Source: Alphaproteobacteria bacterium UBA6187 (GTDB taxonomy: Bacteria > Pseudomonadota > Alphaproteobacteria > Rickettsiales > UBA6187). From it: a stretch of DNA of 56,484 bases. Every line of letters starts with the position of its first letter. Positions within the stretch are counted from its first letter, which is position 1. The notes beneath the pieces are model-generated. The model saw only the letters and a program-made list of their open reading frames with translations. It was not told where the DNA came from and made no database searches. The translations under genes were made by a program, and so were the position numbers. The DNA lies in the NCBI GenBank assembly GCA_002422795.1, contig DITJ01000091.1, forward strand, positions 1 through 56,484. Direction: 5' to 3'. Shown here in pieces: positions 45,850 to 55,128 of this stretch.

Positions 45850-46839
45850 TTACGCAAAAGTCCTTGCAAATTGCCAATTCCAGGCAGTTTTTATTATATC
45901 TTCCAGATTGGTAAATTCAGCCTCCCATCCCAATATTTGTTTTGCCATAGAAGGGTCGGCAATGAGTATTGGAGGATCACCAGCGCGGCGGGGCGCAACT
46001 TCCGCTGGTACCTGCTTTCCGCTTATAGATTCCACTATATCAATTACCTGCTTAATCGAATAACCTTTCCCTATTCCAAGGTTAAGGGCAACACTTGCGC
46101 CGCCTTTTAAAAGATAATCCAAAGCCAGCACATGCGCCCTGGCAATATCAGATACATGGGCGTAATCCCTTATTGGCGTGCCATCTTCAGTATCATAATC
46201 AGTACCGAATATCTGTAACTTATCCTGCCTGCCCGATTGCACATTCATGAGTATCGGCACTAAATTATGCGGCTTTACATGCTCACAGCCTATTTCACAT
46301 GAAATATCAGCGCCTGCCGCATTAAAATACCTGAGCGCAACATATTTTAGTTTACCTTCCGCAGATAAATCCCTCAGCATTTGCTCAACGATAAGCTTGC
46401 TATGCCCATAAGGATTAATTGGGTTTGTGGAGGAATCTTCTGTTATAGGGTGCTGCTCTTGCACGCCATACACCGCAGCAGTGCTTGAAAAAATGAAATT
46501 ATCTATTCCATATTTTGTTGCCGCCTCTATCACATTAAACCCGCCTGCGCTATTATTGCGGTAATATTTCTCCGGGGATGATACCGATTCACCAACTGAT
46601 ATATATGCCGCGAAATGCAGGATAGCCTTGGGTGAATATTTTTCTATAACCTTATAGAGCGCCGCGCTATCTAATATATCACCATATTCAAACGGCCCCC
46701 ATTTTACTGCATGTTTATGGCCATTTTCCAGATTATCATACGCAATAGGCAAATAACCAGCCTCTTTCAAAGCTTTACATGCGTGCGAGCCTATATATCC
46801 AGCTCCGCCTGTGACTAAGATAGGAATTTGGTGGGTCAT
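45850..46839 (-). CDS. galE: UDP-glucose 4-epimerase
   Basis: VTGGAGYIGSH Rossmann motif and the catalytic YGHSK (YxxxK) motif. Confidence 0.95.
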   Translation of the reverse strand: MTHQIPILVTGGAGYIGSHACKALKEAGYLPIAYDNLENGHKHAVKWGPFEYGDILDSAALYKVIEKYSPKAILHFAAYISVGESVSSPEKYYRNNSAGGFNVIEAATKYGIDNFIFSSTAAVYGVQEQHPITEDSSTNPINPYGHSKLIVEQMLRDLSAEGKLKYVALRYFNAAGADISCEIGCEHVKPHNLVPILMNVQSGRQDKLQIFGTDYDTEDGTPIRDYAHVSDIARAHVLALDYLLKGGASVALNLGIGKGYSIKQVIDIVESISGKQVPAEVAPRRAGDPPILIADPSMAKQILGWEAEFTNLEDIIKTAWNWQFARTFA

Positions 46840-46867
46840 ATAGTTCCAGTTATAATGTTTTAAGAGC

Positions 46868-47095
46868 CCGTAGCGGATTATCTGATATTGTCATTCCAGA
46901 ATTTAGAAAACATTGGATTTACGCGCTTAGTAAATCCTAGGTTTTATTAATATCTGGAATCCAGTTTCTTATAAAGAAAAGTGGTTGGATTCCAGATAGC
47001 AAGTTCGGCTAACTTCACAAAGCGGCTGAAGTAGCCGATTTGTGAAGCAGCCTCCCTAGCTTCTGGAATGACAATATCCAACAATCCACTACAGA
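46868..47095. repeat. Three-hairpin palindromic element, gtcat...atgac family
   Basis: Outer gtagcggattatctgatattgtcattccag / ctggaatgacaatatccaacaatccactac. Inner ctggaatccag / ttggattccag and cttcacaaagcggct / agccgatttgtgaag. Confidence 0.8.
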
Positions 47096-47105
47096 TTTTT
47101 AGTAT

Positions 47106-47867
47106 TTATGTTGATATAAATTTTACAAAATTATCTTCAAGCACTGCAGCCGTTAATTTTCCAGTTGCATAAGCACCTGTATCAATTGCTACTTTCCCTG
47201 TTGTATAAAACGGCTCCTCAAAAATAGTATGGCCAAAGACAATTGTTTTTAATTTTGAGGGATAATCTGAAAAGAGGAATTCCTCCCTTATCATCATCAT
47301 GTCTGTATCTGTTTGTTTTTCTATATCCACATTTGGCTTGATGCCTGCATGGACGAATAAGTAATCCCCCTCTGTATGCTGCACTTTTAAATTGCGGAAA
47401 AATTCCAAATGTGAATCCGGCATTGCCGCCTTAAAAGCTTCGCATAATTCTTCTAAATTTAATTTCCGCCCTTTTTCATTATTATTTACACCATAGCTAT
47501 GCATGGTTGCAAGGCCTCCCCAGGAAAGCCACACTTGACCAGCAATAGGATTATCCAGAAAATTAAGCATAGCATATTCGTGGTTGCCCATAATAAATAT
47601 ATGCTCAAACCCTTCTAGCTTATTATTTATAAAGGAATCTATAACCTGCCTGCTTTCCAAGCCCCTATCTATATAATCACCTATATAAATTATTACTTTC
47701 CTGATTTCATCCGGGCAAGATATTGCATCTGCTACTATAAGATTTTGTATTTCTTTCAGTAGGTCAAAGCGCCCATGTATATCACCTACAGCATATATCC
47801 TGGTATTATCAGGGGCATATGCAGTGTGGTTATTATTGCTGACCTGTTTTTTAAGCCAGGGAAACAT
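47106..47867 (-). CDS. PPP-family metallophosphoesterase (Ser/Thr/Tyr protein phosphatase, PrpA/lambda-PP-like)
   Basis: GDIHGRFDLL, GDYIDRG and GNHE motifs, with later HAG and GHT motifs. Confidence 0.8.
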   Translation of the reverse strand: MFPWLKKQVSNNNHTAYAPDNTRIYAVGDIHGRFDLLKEIQNLIVADAISCPDEIRKVIIYIGDYIDRGLESRQVIDSFINNKLEGFEHIFIMGNHEYAMLNFLDNPIAGQVWLSWGGLATMHSYGVNNNEKGRKLNLEELCEAFKAAMPDSHLEFFRNLKVQHTEGDYLFVHAGIKPNVDIEKQTDTDMMMIREEFLFSDYPSKLKTIVFGHTIFEEPFYTTGKVAIDTGAYATGKLTAAVLEDNFVKFIST

Positions 47868-47936
47868 TGGTTTGCCTATTTTAATTTATTAAGATTTAAG
47901 ATATAGCAGTTTTACTTCATGCCTAGATGATAACAC

Positions 47937-50147
47937 TTACCCAGAATAATACTCACTATAGTTTGTATAGTAATATCCTTTGTCCCCATATCCATACTTG
48001 CTTTGTTTTTTTATGTCCACACGGGTAAGGACTACACCAGCCATATTTATATTAAATGACTTTAGTTGCTTTATAGCTGTTTTTACAATCTCACGTGATG
48101 TTTTTTGCCACCTTACTACAAAAATTGTAGTATCAACTATTTTGGCAAGAACTATAGAATCTGATATTGCCATAATGGGCGGGCTGTCTATTACTATCAT
48201 ATCGTATTTATCATGCATTCTGCCTAATAATTCTTTCATTTTATTAGAACCAAGCAAATTATGCGAATTTACAGTATTCGGATGCGCAGGTATAAAATCC
48301 AGCCCGGTTTTTTCTTCATGGCATATAACCTGGCTTTCAGTCGCCCTATCTGCTAGCAGGTCACTGAGGCCAAATTCAAATTCCCGTTTAAGCGCTTTGG
48401 CAATTGTTGGCCTTTTTAAATCACAATCTATTAAAAGGACTTTCTTTCCTGAATTCGCTGCAAGTGATGCAAAGGTAAGTACAAAAGAGGATTTCCCTTC
48501 TTTTGGTACAGAAGAAGTAACCATTATAACCTTAGGGGTTTTATCCGGATTCGAAAAATGCACAGCCGTAAGCACCGACCTAAGTGATTCTGCAAAAACT
48601 GAGGATGGCTTTTTGATAAGGTAATTCATTATATTAGATTTCTTTTCCAATTCCGGTATCATACCTATTGAACTAATGCCGGTTACTTCTTCAGCCTGCT
48701 TACTGCTGGTTACTGCGTTATCAAGATGTTCCATCATCAAGATAACTAAAGTTGCTATACTAATCCCGATAATAAATGCCACCAGAATAACTATGCCAGG
48801 AACTGGATATGACGGGCTTACAGGCTCTTCTGCATTTGAAATTACAAAGGCATCTGCATTTTCTAGGCCATGCCCTTCTGAAGTTTCCTTTGAACGCTCA
48901 AGGAATGATTCATATAGAGATTTATTGGCCTTCCACAGCCTTTCCAGCTCCCCTAACTCAATCTTCGCTTTGGTTGAAAGCCCGGTTTTATCCTGAAGTT
49001 CATCCAGGCTCCTTTTCAAAGAATCCTCACGTGCCGTTGCTACGCTAACTTCATTTTGGATACTTTCCCTTACCTTCTTTATTTCAATGTCTATTTTAGC
49101 CCTTAAATCACTTAATTCTGCACTAACATTTATCATTTTCGGGTGTTTTGGGCCATACTGGTTACTTAAATCTGATTTTTTCCTTAAAACCTCGGTTTCC
49201 TGGTTCCTTAAATTTTGGATAAGGGGGGAGCGAAGCACATCTGCCGAAGATTCATCCTCACCAGTAGCATTTAACCTGGCTTCAGCTTGCGCCTTTTCAG
49301 TACGCGCAAGTATTAACTGGGTATTTAATTCAGAAAGCTGTTGGTCAGTAATTGTGCGGCCTGATGTTTCTATTAAGCCATGTTTTTCACGGAAAGCCTG
49401 CACAAGCATTTCTGATTGCCGCACTTTTCCCTGCAAATCGATAAGTTTTTCAGTAAGCCAGCTATTTGCACGCTCTGTTGCATCAAATTTTGCGGTTAAC
49501 TGGCCTTTCAAATATTCAGATACAAAAGCATTTGCTATTAGCGCAGCTTTTCCAGGGGATTTAGATGTATATTTTAATACTATAGTATAAGACTTTGGAT
49601 TACGGACAACTTTTAGCCTATCAAGTACATTGGTAACAGTTTTTGATCGTATTTCCTGTTTTTCTTTTTTATCATTTTCTGAATCCGCATAATCTTCACC
49701 TTTTATTTTACTAACGGCCCATTTTATTATCCCGCCTTTATTTACATTTGGGCTGAATTCAGAATCATTGACAAGATTCAGTGCATCAACAACCCTGCCT
49801 GCAAGGTTGCGCGAGCTTATTATATCAAGCTGGCTTTGGATTTGCGATTCATCCGATGTAATACCGGACATTACCGATTCAATATTAACAATATTGCTTT
49901 TCTGCACATTAATCTGCAACACTGCCTCAGCAGTATATAGAGGTGTTGAAATTAGAAGAAATATTAATATGCCTAATATAGTAAGGATTGATATCCCACC
50001 TAAAATTCTGGAGCTGCGCTGCAGAACCAACCATAACTCCCTCATATTTAAACCGCTTAAGGAAGGAAGCTCAGGAAGCGCAGCTTCATGTGAAGTTGAT
50101 TTGACACTACCGGTGGTAATATATTGCTCAGGATTATTTACAGACAT
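47937..50147 (-). CDS. Polysaccharide co-polymerase / BY-tyrosine autokinase (Wzc/ExoP-like)
   Basis: Two TM helices flank a long periplasmic coiled coil. The cytoplasmic P-loop domain has Walker A SVPKEGKS, A' LLIDCDLKRP and B MIVIDSPP motifs. The C-terminal tail is Tyr-rich (KYGYGDKGYYYTNYSEYYSG). Confidence 0.85.
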   Translation of the reverse strand: MSVNNPEQYITTGSVKSTSHEAALPELPSLSGLNMRELWLVLQRSSRILGGISILTILGILIFLLISTPLYTAEAVLQINVQKSNIVNIESVMSGITSDESQIQSQLDIISSRNLAGRVVDALNLVNDSEFSPNVNKGGIIKWAVSKIKGEDYADSENDKKEKQEIRSKTVTNVLDRLKVVRNPKSYTIVLKYTSKSPGKAALIANAFVSEYLKGQLTAKFDATERANSWLTEKLIDLQGKVRQSEMLVQAFREKHGLIETSGRTITDQQLSELNTQLILARTEKAQAEARLNATGEDESSADVLRSPLIQNLRNQETEVLRKKSDLSNQYGPKHPKMINVSAELSDLRAKIDIEIKKVRESIQNEVSVATAREDSLKRSLDELQDKTGLSTKAKIELGELERLWKANKSLYESFLERSKETSEGHGLENADAFVISNAEEPVSPSYPVPGIVILVAFIIGISIATLVILMMEHLDNAVTSSKQAEEVTGISSIGMIPELEKKSNIMNYLIKKPSSVFAESLRSVLTAVHFSNPDKTPKVIMVTSSVPKEGKSSFVLTFASLAANSGKKVLLIDCDLKRPTIAKALKREFEFGLSDLLADRATESQVICHEEKTGLDFIPAHPNTVNSHNLLGSNKMKELLGRMHDKYDMIVIDSPPIMAISDSIVLAKIVDTTIFVVRWQKTSREIVKTAIKQLKSFNINMAGVVLTRVDIKKQSKYGYGDKGYYYTNYSEYYSG

Positions 50148-50735
50148 TTAAAAGAACCTTTCCGTAACTCTAATAACATCTCCCGGCAAAACCTTTCCAT
50201 CTTCATCGGCTTCAAATTCTTCTTTATTCTTATCATTGCCATGTCTTATCATTACCTTGTTAGTACGCGCCCTATGGGTATATCCACCAGCTAAAGCTAC
50301 CGCATTTAAAACCGTAAGGCCATTTACATAAGGATAACTTCCTGGTTTTTTAACTTCACCCAATATAAAGAAAGGTCTAAAATTAAGCACTTCAATGCTT
50401 ACCCTTGGGTTTACAAGATAGCCATCTTTGAGCTTAGCAGACACATCCTTTTCAAACGCCCTTACATCATTGCCACCTGCTTTCATATTCCCCAGTAACG
50501 GTAAAGCCACCATTCCCTGGCCATCAATTTCAAATTCGCCTGATAAGGATTCCTCACCAAATACATTAACTTTTAACCTATCGCCAGCGCCAAGCTTATA
50601 TGAATCACTGGCGGCATGCCCTTCCTGGATTTTATCAGGTGCTTCCTGTGCGTATGCGCATGAGAAAAAAGAAACCAACACTACAAAGAGTAGATTTCTT
50701 ATGGTATTAAAGTTACTTAAGTTTAAAAGTGACAT
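50148..50735 (-). CDS. Short outer-membrane polysaccharide export (OPX, Wza-like) protein
   Basis: 195 aa. Signal peptide, Poly_export motif (YKLGAGDRLKVNVFGEE) and one SLBB-like domain. No long C-terminal region. Its stop abuts the kinase gene start. Confidence 0.8.
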   Translation of the reverse strand: MSLLNLSNFNTIRNLLFVVLVSFFSCAYAQEAPDKIQEGHAASDSYKLGAGDRLKVNVFGEESLSGEFEIDGQGMVALPLLGNMKAGGNDVRAFEKDVSAKLKDGYLVNPRVSIEVLNFRPFFILGEVKKPGSYPYVNGLTVLNAVALAGGYTHRARTNKVMIRHGNDKNKEEFEADEDGKVLPGDVIRVTERFF

Positions 50736-50792
50736 ATTTGTTTTCTATAGTATATTATATAGCATTTCCAAAATTTCTGCTGCTACCAATCA

Positions 50793-52118
50793 CTACATCT
50801 CTATTCTTATCCCTATCATCACTACACTCTGGTTATAATCCTGACCTGCCTGGTTTGAATCCCGGTTTGTGTAATTATATGACGTTAAAACAGAGGCGTG
50901 CCTATTAAGTAAATATTTAAGTTCTACACCTGTACCTACTATATCATCAGACCTATCTGTACCACTTGTGCTTTCATAATCATTAACATTATATGAGGCT
51001 TTTATTCCAGCTAGCAAATTATATAGAATTTCATGTTCAACACGTGCAGAATATAACGTAGATATATAGCCTGAAGAACCTGTCTGCACAGTTTCCTGTA
51101 CTTCCCTTGCAACACCTAATTTAACAGATGTAAGGCCGGTTACGCTCCAAAGCACATCAGCACCATACTGAACCCCACCTATATCTTCCAATGCGGCGGA
51201 ATCATAATTCTGTTGCAGGTAACCTGCAAAAATTTCTCCCTTTGTTTTGCCGCCTAAATTCAGTGCGGTTCCAGCTACCACCTCATAACCTTTTGAGTCG
51301 CGGTTTGTACCGCCTACACTTACTTCATTATTGTAATCACGTTCATTAAGAGATGTTCTTAAAAATGCTTCATATTCAGGTATTATCTCATAACCAATAC
51401 GTGCGGTAGCCTTATATTCATTACGGTCGCGGCCACTATTATCTAAAACCGTACCTGCATCAGTTTCATCATTTTCAAAATTATACTGGTTAAAATCGCC
51501 ATCCAGTTTCAATGAAACTTTACGCAAATTACGTATCACTGAAACACCGGCATTATTATGTGTATATTCCGTTGGCTCATTTGCAGCAGCATTAGAGTTT
51601 GGGTTTCCCCTGTCTTCATGCAAATGTGCAGACGATGCCGTTCCAAGCAGGAAAGTTTCCCTTAAGATATCAAGCCTACCTGAAACACCGGCACTATAAT
51701 CACCATAATTTTCATCCTTATTATCAGCATAATAACCAAGGTCACTCGACGCATTAAAACCTAATGCGTGCCTGCTCCAATCTGATTGCACACTCAAAAG
51801 CGGCCTTATCTTGGTAATGAAATCCTCTTGCTTCGAAGTGCTGGTAGCATAGATATTACTATCAAAAGATTCGCTTAAATCTACAGAAGGCTTTATTTTA
51901 AAACTGCCTACACTTACCCCATCATTCGCATACTCAGAACGCGGCCTTTCAAATATTGTTTTGCCATACCATGAATCTGAATCTTCAATTGTATTTTGCA
52001 CAGTATCTTTATTTTGAGATAAAGCCCCTTCAGTTGCAGCAAAGGCCGCTCCTGCGAGCACCACATAACCTGAGCATAACGCACTGAAAAATAAAGCTTT
52101 ATAACGACCACTTAACAT
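50793..52118 (-). CDS. Outer-membrane beta-barrel protein associated with the polysaccharide export locus
   Basis: Signal peptide (AGAAFA-ATE), followed by about 400 aa of alternating hydrophobic/polar strands rich in Y, G, N and D. Confidence 0.6.
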   Translation of the reverse strand: MLSGRYKALFFSALCSGYVVLAGAAFAATEGALSQNKDTVQNTIEDSDSWYGKTIFERPRSEYANDGVSVGSFKIKPSVDLSESFDSNIYATSTSKQEDFITKIRPLLSVQSDWSRHALGFNASSDLGYYADNKDENYGDYSAGVSGRLDILRETFLLGTASSAHLHEDRGNPNSNAAANEPTEYTHNNAGVSVIRNLRKVSLKLDGDFNQYNFENDETDAGTVLDNSGRDRNEYKATARIGYEIIPEYEAFLRTSLNERDYNNEVSVGGTNRDSKGYEVVAGTALNLGGKTKGEIFAGYLQQNYDSAALEDIGGVQYGADVLWSVTGLTSVKLGVAREVQETVQTGSSGYISTLYSARVEHEILYNLLAGIKASYNVNDYESTSGTDRSDDIVGTGVELKYLLNRHASVLTSYNYTNRDSNQAGQDYNQSVVMIGIRIEM

Positions 52119-52181
52119 AACAACAAACCTTCCAATATATATTTATAAATAAATGTAAGCCTTCTTAATTTTGTATTATAA

Positions 52182-52706
52182 TTAATTTGCGCTGACTTTG
52201 CCCGGCTCTTCTTTTTCAATTATTTGACCAGAACCTTGATTTCCACCTACTACTCCTGCAGTTGGTAATGCGGGAGGAAGCTTATCATCCCCTGCTTTTT
52301 TAGCTTCACCACCAGAAGCTGGCGTATAGGAATTCAAAATAGCAGCCACAAGGGTTTCATTGCCTGGCTGGCTTTGCAAGCTGGCAATAACATTATTTAT
52401 AATTGAAGCTATATTTACAGTGCTGTTTTTTGGGTTTGAAGAAATTACCGATTGGCTTTCAATAAAAGATGCAACTATTTTATCGGCAATTTTTGGGTTA
52501 GATTTAATTGCTGAATTAAGAAGTTTAGCAACCAACTGCTCATCCCCAGACTGGGCTGCGGCTGCTATTTCTTCGATTATCGCTTTAACCGATGAAGCAT
52601 TTGTTACAGAAGCTTCATTACCTGAAGACGCCTGCTTGTTTTCAGCAAAAGATGCATTTGCAGATAAAATACCTAAAATAGCCACGGCCAGTATACTTTT
52701 TTTCAT
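52182..52706 (-). CDS. Secreted/periplasmic hypothetical protein
   Basis: 174 aa. Clear signal peptide MKKSILAVAILGILSANASFA, then an Ala/Ser/Ile-rich helical region and a Gly/Pro-rich tail. First gene of the export cluster. Confidence 0.55.
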   Translation of the reverse strand: MKKSILAVAILGILSANASFAENKQASSGNEASVTNASSVKAIIEEIAAAAQSGDEQLVAKLLNSAIKSNPKIADKIVASFIESQSVISSNPKNSTVNIASIINNVIASLQSQPGNETLVAAILNSYTPASGGEAKKAGDDKLPPALPTAGVVGGNQGSGQIIEKEEPGKVSAN

Positions 52707-52995
52707 TGTTTAACCCCTATACTTATATTTTCTACTAACAGTAATCAACTTATGATAAATAACTTATATTTTTTTTTACTCAAGAAAATTTTTATAAAAT
52801 TTTGAAGTTACAGTTTAAATCAAGCTATTAACAAAACAGTATTTATTTATCCAACAGCTGTTGGTCATCAATATTTGTTAATTAAAAGATGGTTTTCCTT
52901 AGAACTTAAATTTTCACTAAAGAACCAATATTTACCCCAGGTTGCATAATTATTTACAATGAAAAGCTACATATCTAAAACGTCCATAAGTCCGT

Positions 52996-53478
52996 TTAGC
53001 ATATTGAGATAATTTCATATTCTTTCTTAATGCCATCTATATGGATTGTAATGCAATCACCAGCCTCACGGCCTAGCAATTTTCCTCCTAAAGGGGATGA
53101 TGGCGTAATTAAAAGCACCCTAATTCCATCATATTCCACTTCTGTCCCGCCACTTTTGGGGCCCAGAAAATAAAAACTACGGCTACCGTCTGCCGATTCA
53201 AGCTCGATCAGGGCAGTTAATGCAATTCGTGATTCCGGGGAAAATTCTTTCAGTTCTATATTTTTATAACATGCAAGGTTCTGAAGTGATGAAGCAGCCA
53301 TTTTAGCCTGCGCCCCGGCAAGATATGAAGCTTCCAATCCCCTTGTATCATATTTATTTTCCGCTTTACTTTCAGCATTAGTGGCATCAGCATGGGCAGT
53401 TTTTGCAGCACGCGCTAAATTTTCAGCCTCACAGCTTAACGATTCTATAATATGCAGCACAAGTTTCTGTTTATTCAT
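52996..53478 (-). CDS. GreA/GreB-family protein (atypical N-terminal coiled coil)
   Basis: The C-terminal domain carries the GreA_GreB-type motif ITPSSPLGGKLLGREAGD. The N-terminal region is helical and Ala/Glu/Lys-rich. Confidence 0.7.
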   Translation of the reverse strand: MNKQKLVLHIIESLSCEAENLARAAKTAHADATNAESKAENKYDTRGLEASYLAGAQAKMAASSLQNLACYKNIELKEFSPESRIALTALIELESADGSRSFYFLGPKSGGTEVEYDGIRVLLITPSSPLGGKLLGREAGDCITIHIDGIKKEYEIISIC

Positions 53479-53560
53479 TATTCTTATTACTAAAAAAAAT
53501 ATACATTATGATGTCTTTATTGGTATTATCATACAAAGTTATATAACATAAGACCTCATT

Positions 53561-53683
53561 CATAATGAGAATTTTTTTGAGTGAGTTCTAGGAACGCCAG
53601 CCCGCAAAACCGCAATGTACATAGACGTACATGAGGATTTGAGGACGGACGTGACAACGAAATCACAAAAAAATACCATTATG
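53561..53683. repeat. RPE-like palindromic element, diverged intergenic copy
   Basis: Outer cataatgagaatttttttgagtga / tcacaaaaaaataccattatg, core ctaggaacgccagcccgcaa, central hairpin atgtac-atagac-gtacat. The architecture matches copies 1 and 2. Confidence 0.7.
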
Positions 53684-53733
53684 CAGAGGTGTTAGCATTA
53701 AATTAAACGCAATAATATAGAATCAGGAATGTT

Positions 53734-55128
53734 ATGGAACTAATTTGCAATAAAATATTTGATGAAATTAATATTGGCGATTCCGCCAGTCTTTCCCGCA
53801 CACTAAGCATGGGTGATATTACTGCTTTTGCAGCCATTACCGGTGATTATAATCCGGCGCATCTGGATGCAGAATATGCTAAAAGTGATATGTTCCACAA
53901 AATTGTAGCGCATGGCATGTGGGGCGGTTCATTATTTTCCGCCTTGCTAGGCACTGAACTTCCTGGGCCCGGGACAATTTATTTAAGCCAGACTCTAAAG
54001 TTCTTAAAACCTGTTTCCCTTGGTGACAGGATTACAGTAACTGTAACAGTTACACAGAAGAAGGCAGAAGGGCATAAAATAATATTAGATTGCGCTTGCG
54101 TGAACCAAAAGGATGATAAGGTTATAGCAGGCACCGCAGAAGTGATAGCGCCAATAGAAAAAGTCGAGTACAAGAGAGTGGCATTATCACAAGTGGAATT
54201 GCGTGAGCCGCGCCGCACTTATTATCAGCAAATAATTGATAAGAAACATGGGCTTGCACCACTTATTACCGCAGTTGTGCATCCGGTAGATAGGAATTCT
54301 CTTGAAGGCGCGATAGAGGCCGCTAAAGAAGGGTTGATTATACCAATACTTATAGGACCGGAAAATAAAATCCGCGCAGTAGCTGCGGCGGAAGGATTAG
54401 ATATTTCCCCTTATGAAATTATAGCAACTAAGCATAGTAATGCAGCAGCAGAAAAAGCCGTGGAACTTGCCCGCCAAGGTAAGGTGGAAGCTTTAATGAA
54501 AGGTAAAATCCATACGGATGAATTAATGCACCCGGTTGTAGATAGAGTAACAGGGCTTCGCACAGGCAGGCGCATGAGCCATGTTTTCATGGTGGATTCC
54601 CCCAATTATCATAAACCATTTTTCATGACAGATGCAGCAATTAACATTGCCCCCAACCTCATGGATAAAAAAGATATTACACAAAATGCGATTGATTTAT
54701 TCATAGCACTTGGACTTGGCACTCCGAAAGTTGCTATTATTTCTGCGGTAGAAACTGTAAATGAAAAAATCCCATCAACCCTGGATGCAACCGCCTTGTG
54801 TAAAATGGCAGAGCGCGGGCAGATAACCGGCGGAATCCTTGATGGCCCTCTGGCACTTGATAATGCTTTTTCTAAAGAATCTGCGGCAGCAAAAAATATA
54901 GTATCTTCCGTTGCTGGAGATGCTGATATTATCATAGTTCCGGATGTTGAATCTGGAAATATGCTATATAAGCAGCTTTCCTTTTTATCTGGTGCGGAAG
55001 CCGCAGGAATTGTGCTTGGTAGCCGGGTGCCGATTATCCTTACCAGCCGCTCCAGCAAGGTTTTAACACGCAAAGCATCCAGCGCAATTGCCCTTATTTA
55101 TGCGCGCTCTAAAAAGAAAATTGTATGA
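53734..55128 (+). CDS. pta: Bifunctional MaoC-dehydratase / phosphate acyltransferase (PTA_PTB)
   Basis: N-terminal hot-dog fold (FAAITGDYNPAHLD...VAHGM) fused to a ~300-aa PTA_PTB domain (VPIILTSRS). ATGA overlap with ackA. Confidence 0.85.
   Translation: MELICNKIFDEINIGDSASLSRTLSMGDITAFAAITGDYNPAHLDAEYAKSDMFHKIVAHGMWGGSLFSALLGTELPGPGTIYLSQTLKFLKPVSLGDRITVTVTVTQKKAEGHKIILDCACVNQKDDKVIAGTAEVIAPIEKVEYKRVALSQVELREPRRTYYQQIIDKKHGLAPLITAVVHPVDRNSLEGAIEAAKEGLIIPILIGPENKIRAVAAAEGLDISPYEIIATKHSNAAAEKAVELARQGKVEALMKGKIHTDELMHPVVDRVTGLRTGRRMSHVFMVDSPNYHKPFFMTDAAINIAPNLMDKKDITQNAIDLFIALGLGTPKVAIISAVETVNEKIPSTLDATALCKMAERGQITGGILDGPLALDNAFSKESAAAKNIVSSVAGDADIIIVPDVESGNMLYKQLSFLSGAEAAGIVLGSRVPIILTSRSSKVLTRKASSAIALIYARSKKKIV

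Noticed and set aside
52851-52864. Palindrome ccaacagctgttgg upstream of the polysaccharide export cluster, as a possible operator
   Set aside because: It is a single 14-bp palindrome with no second copy in the window, so there is no basis for assigning a binding protein.
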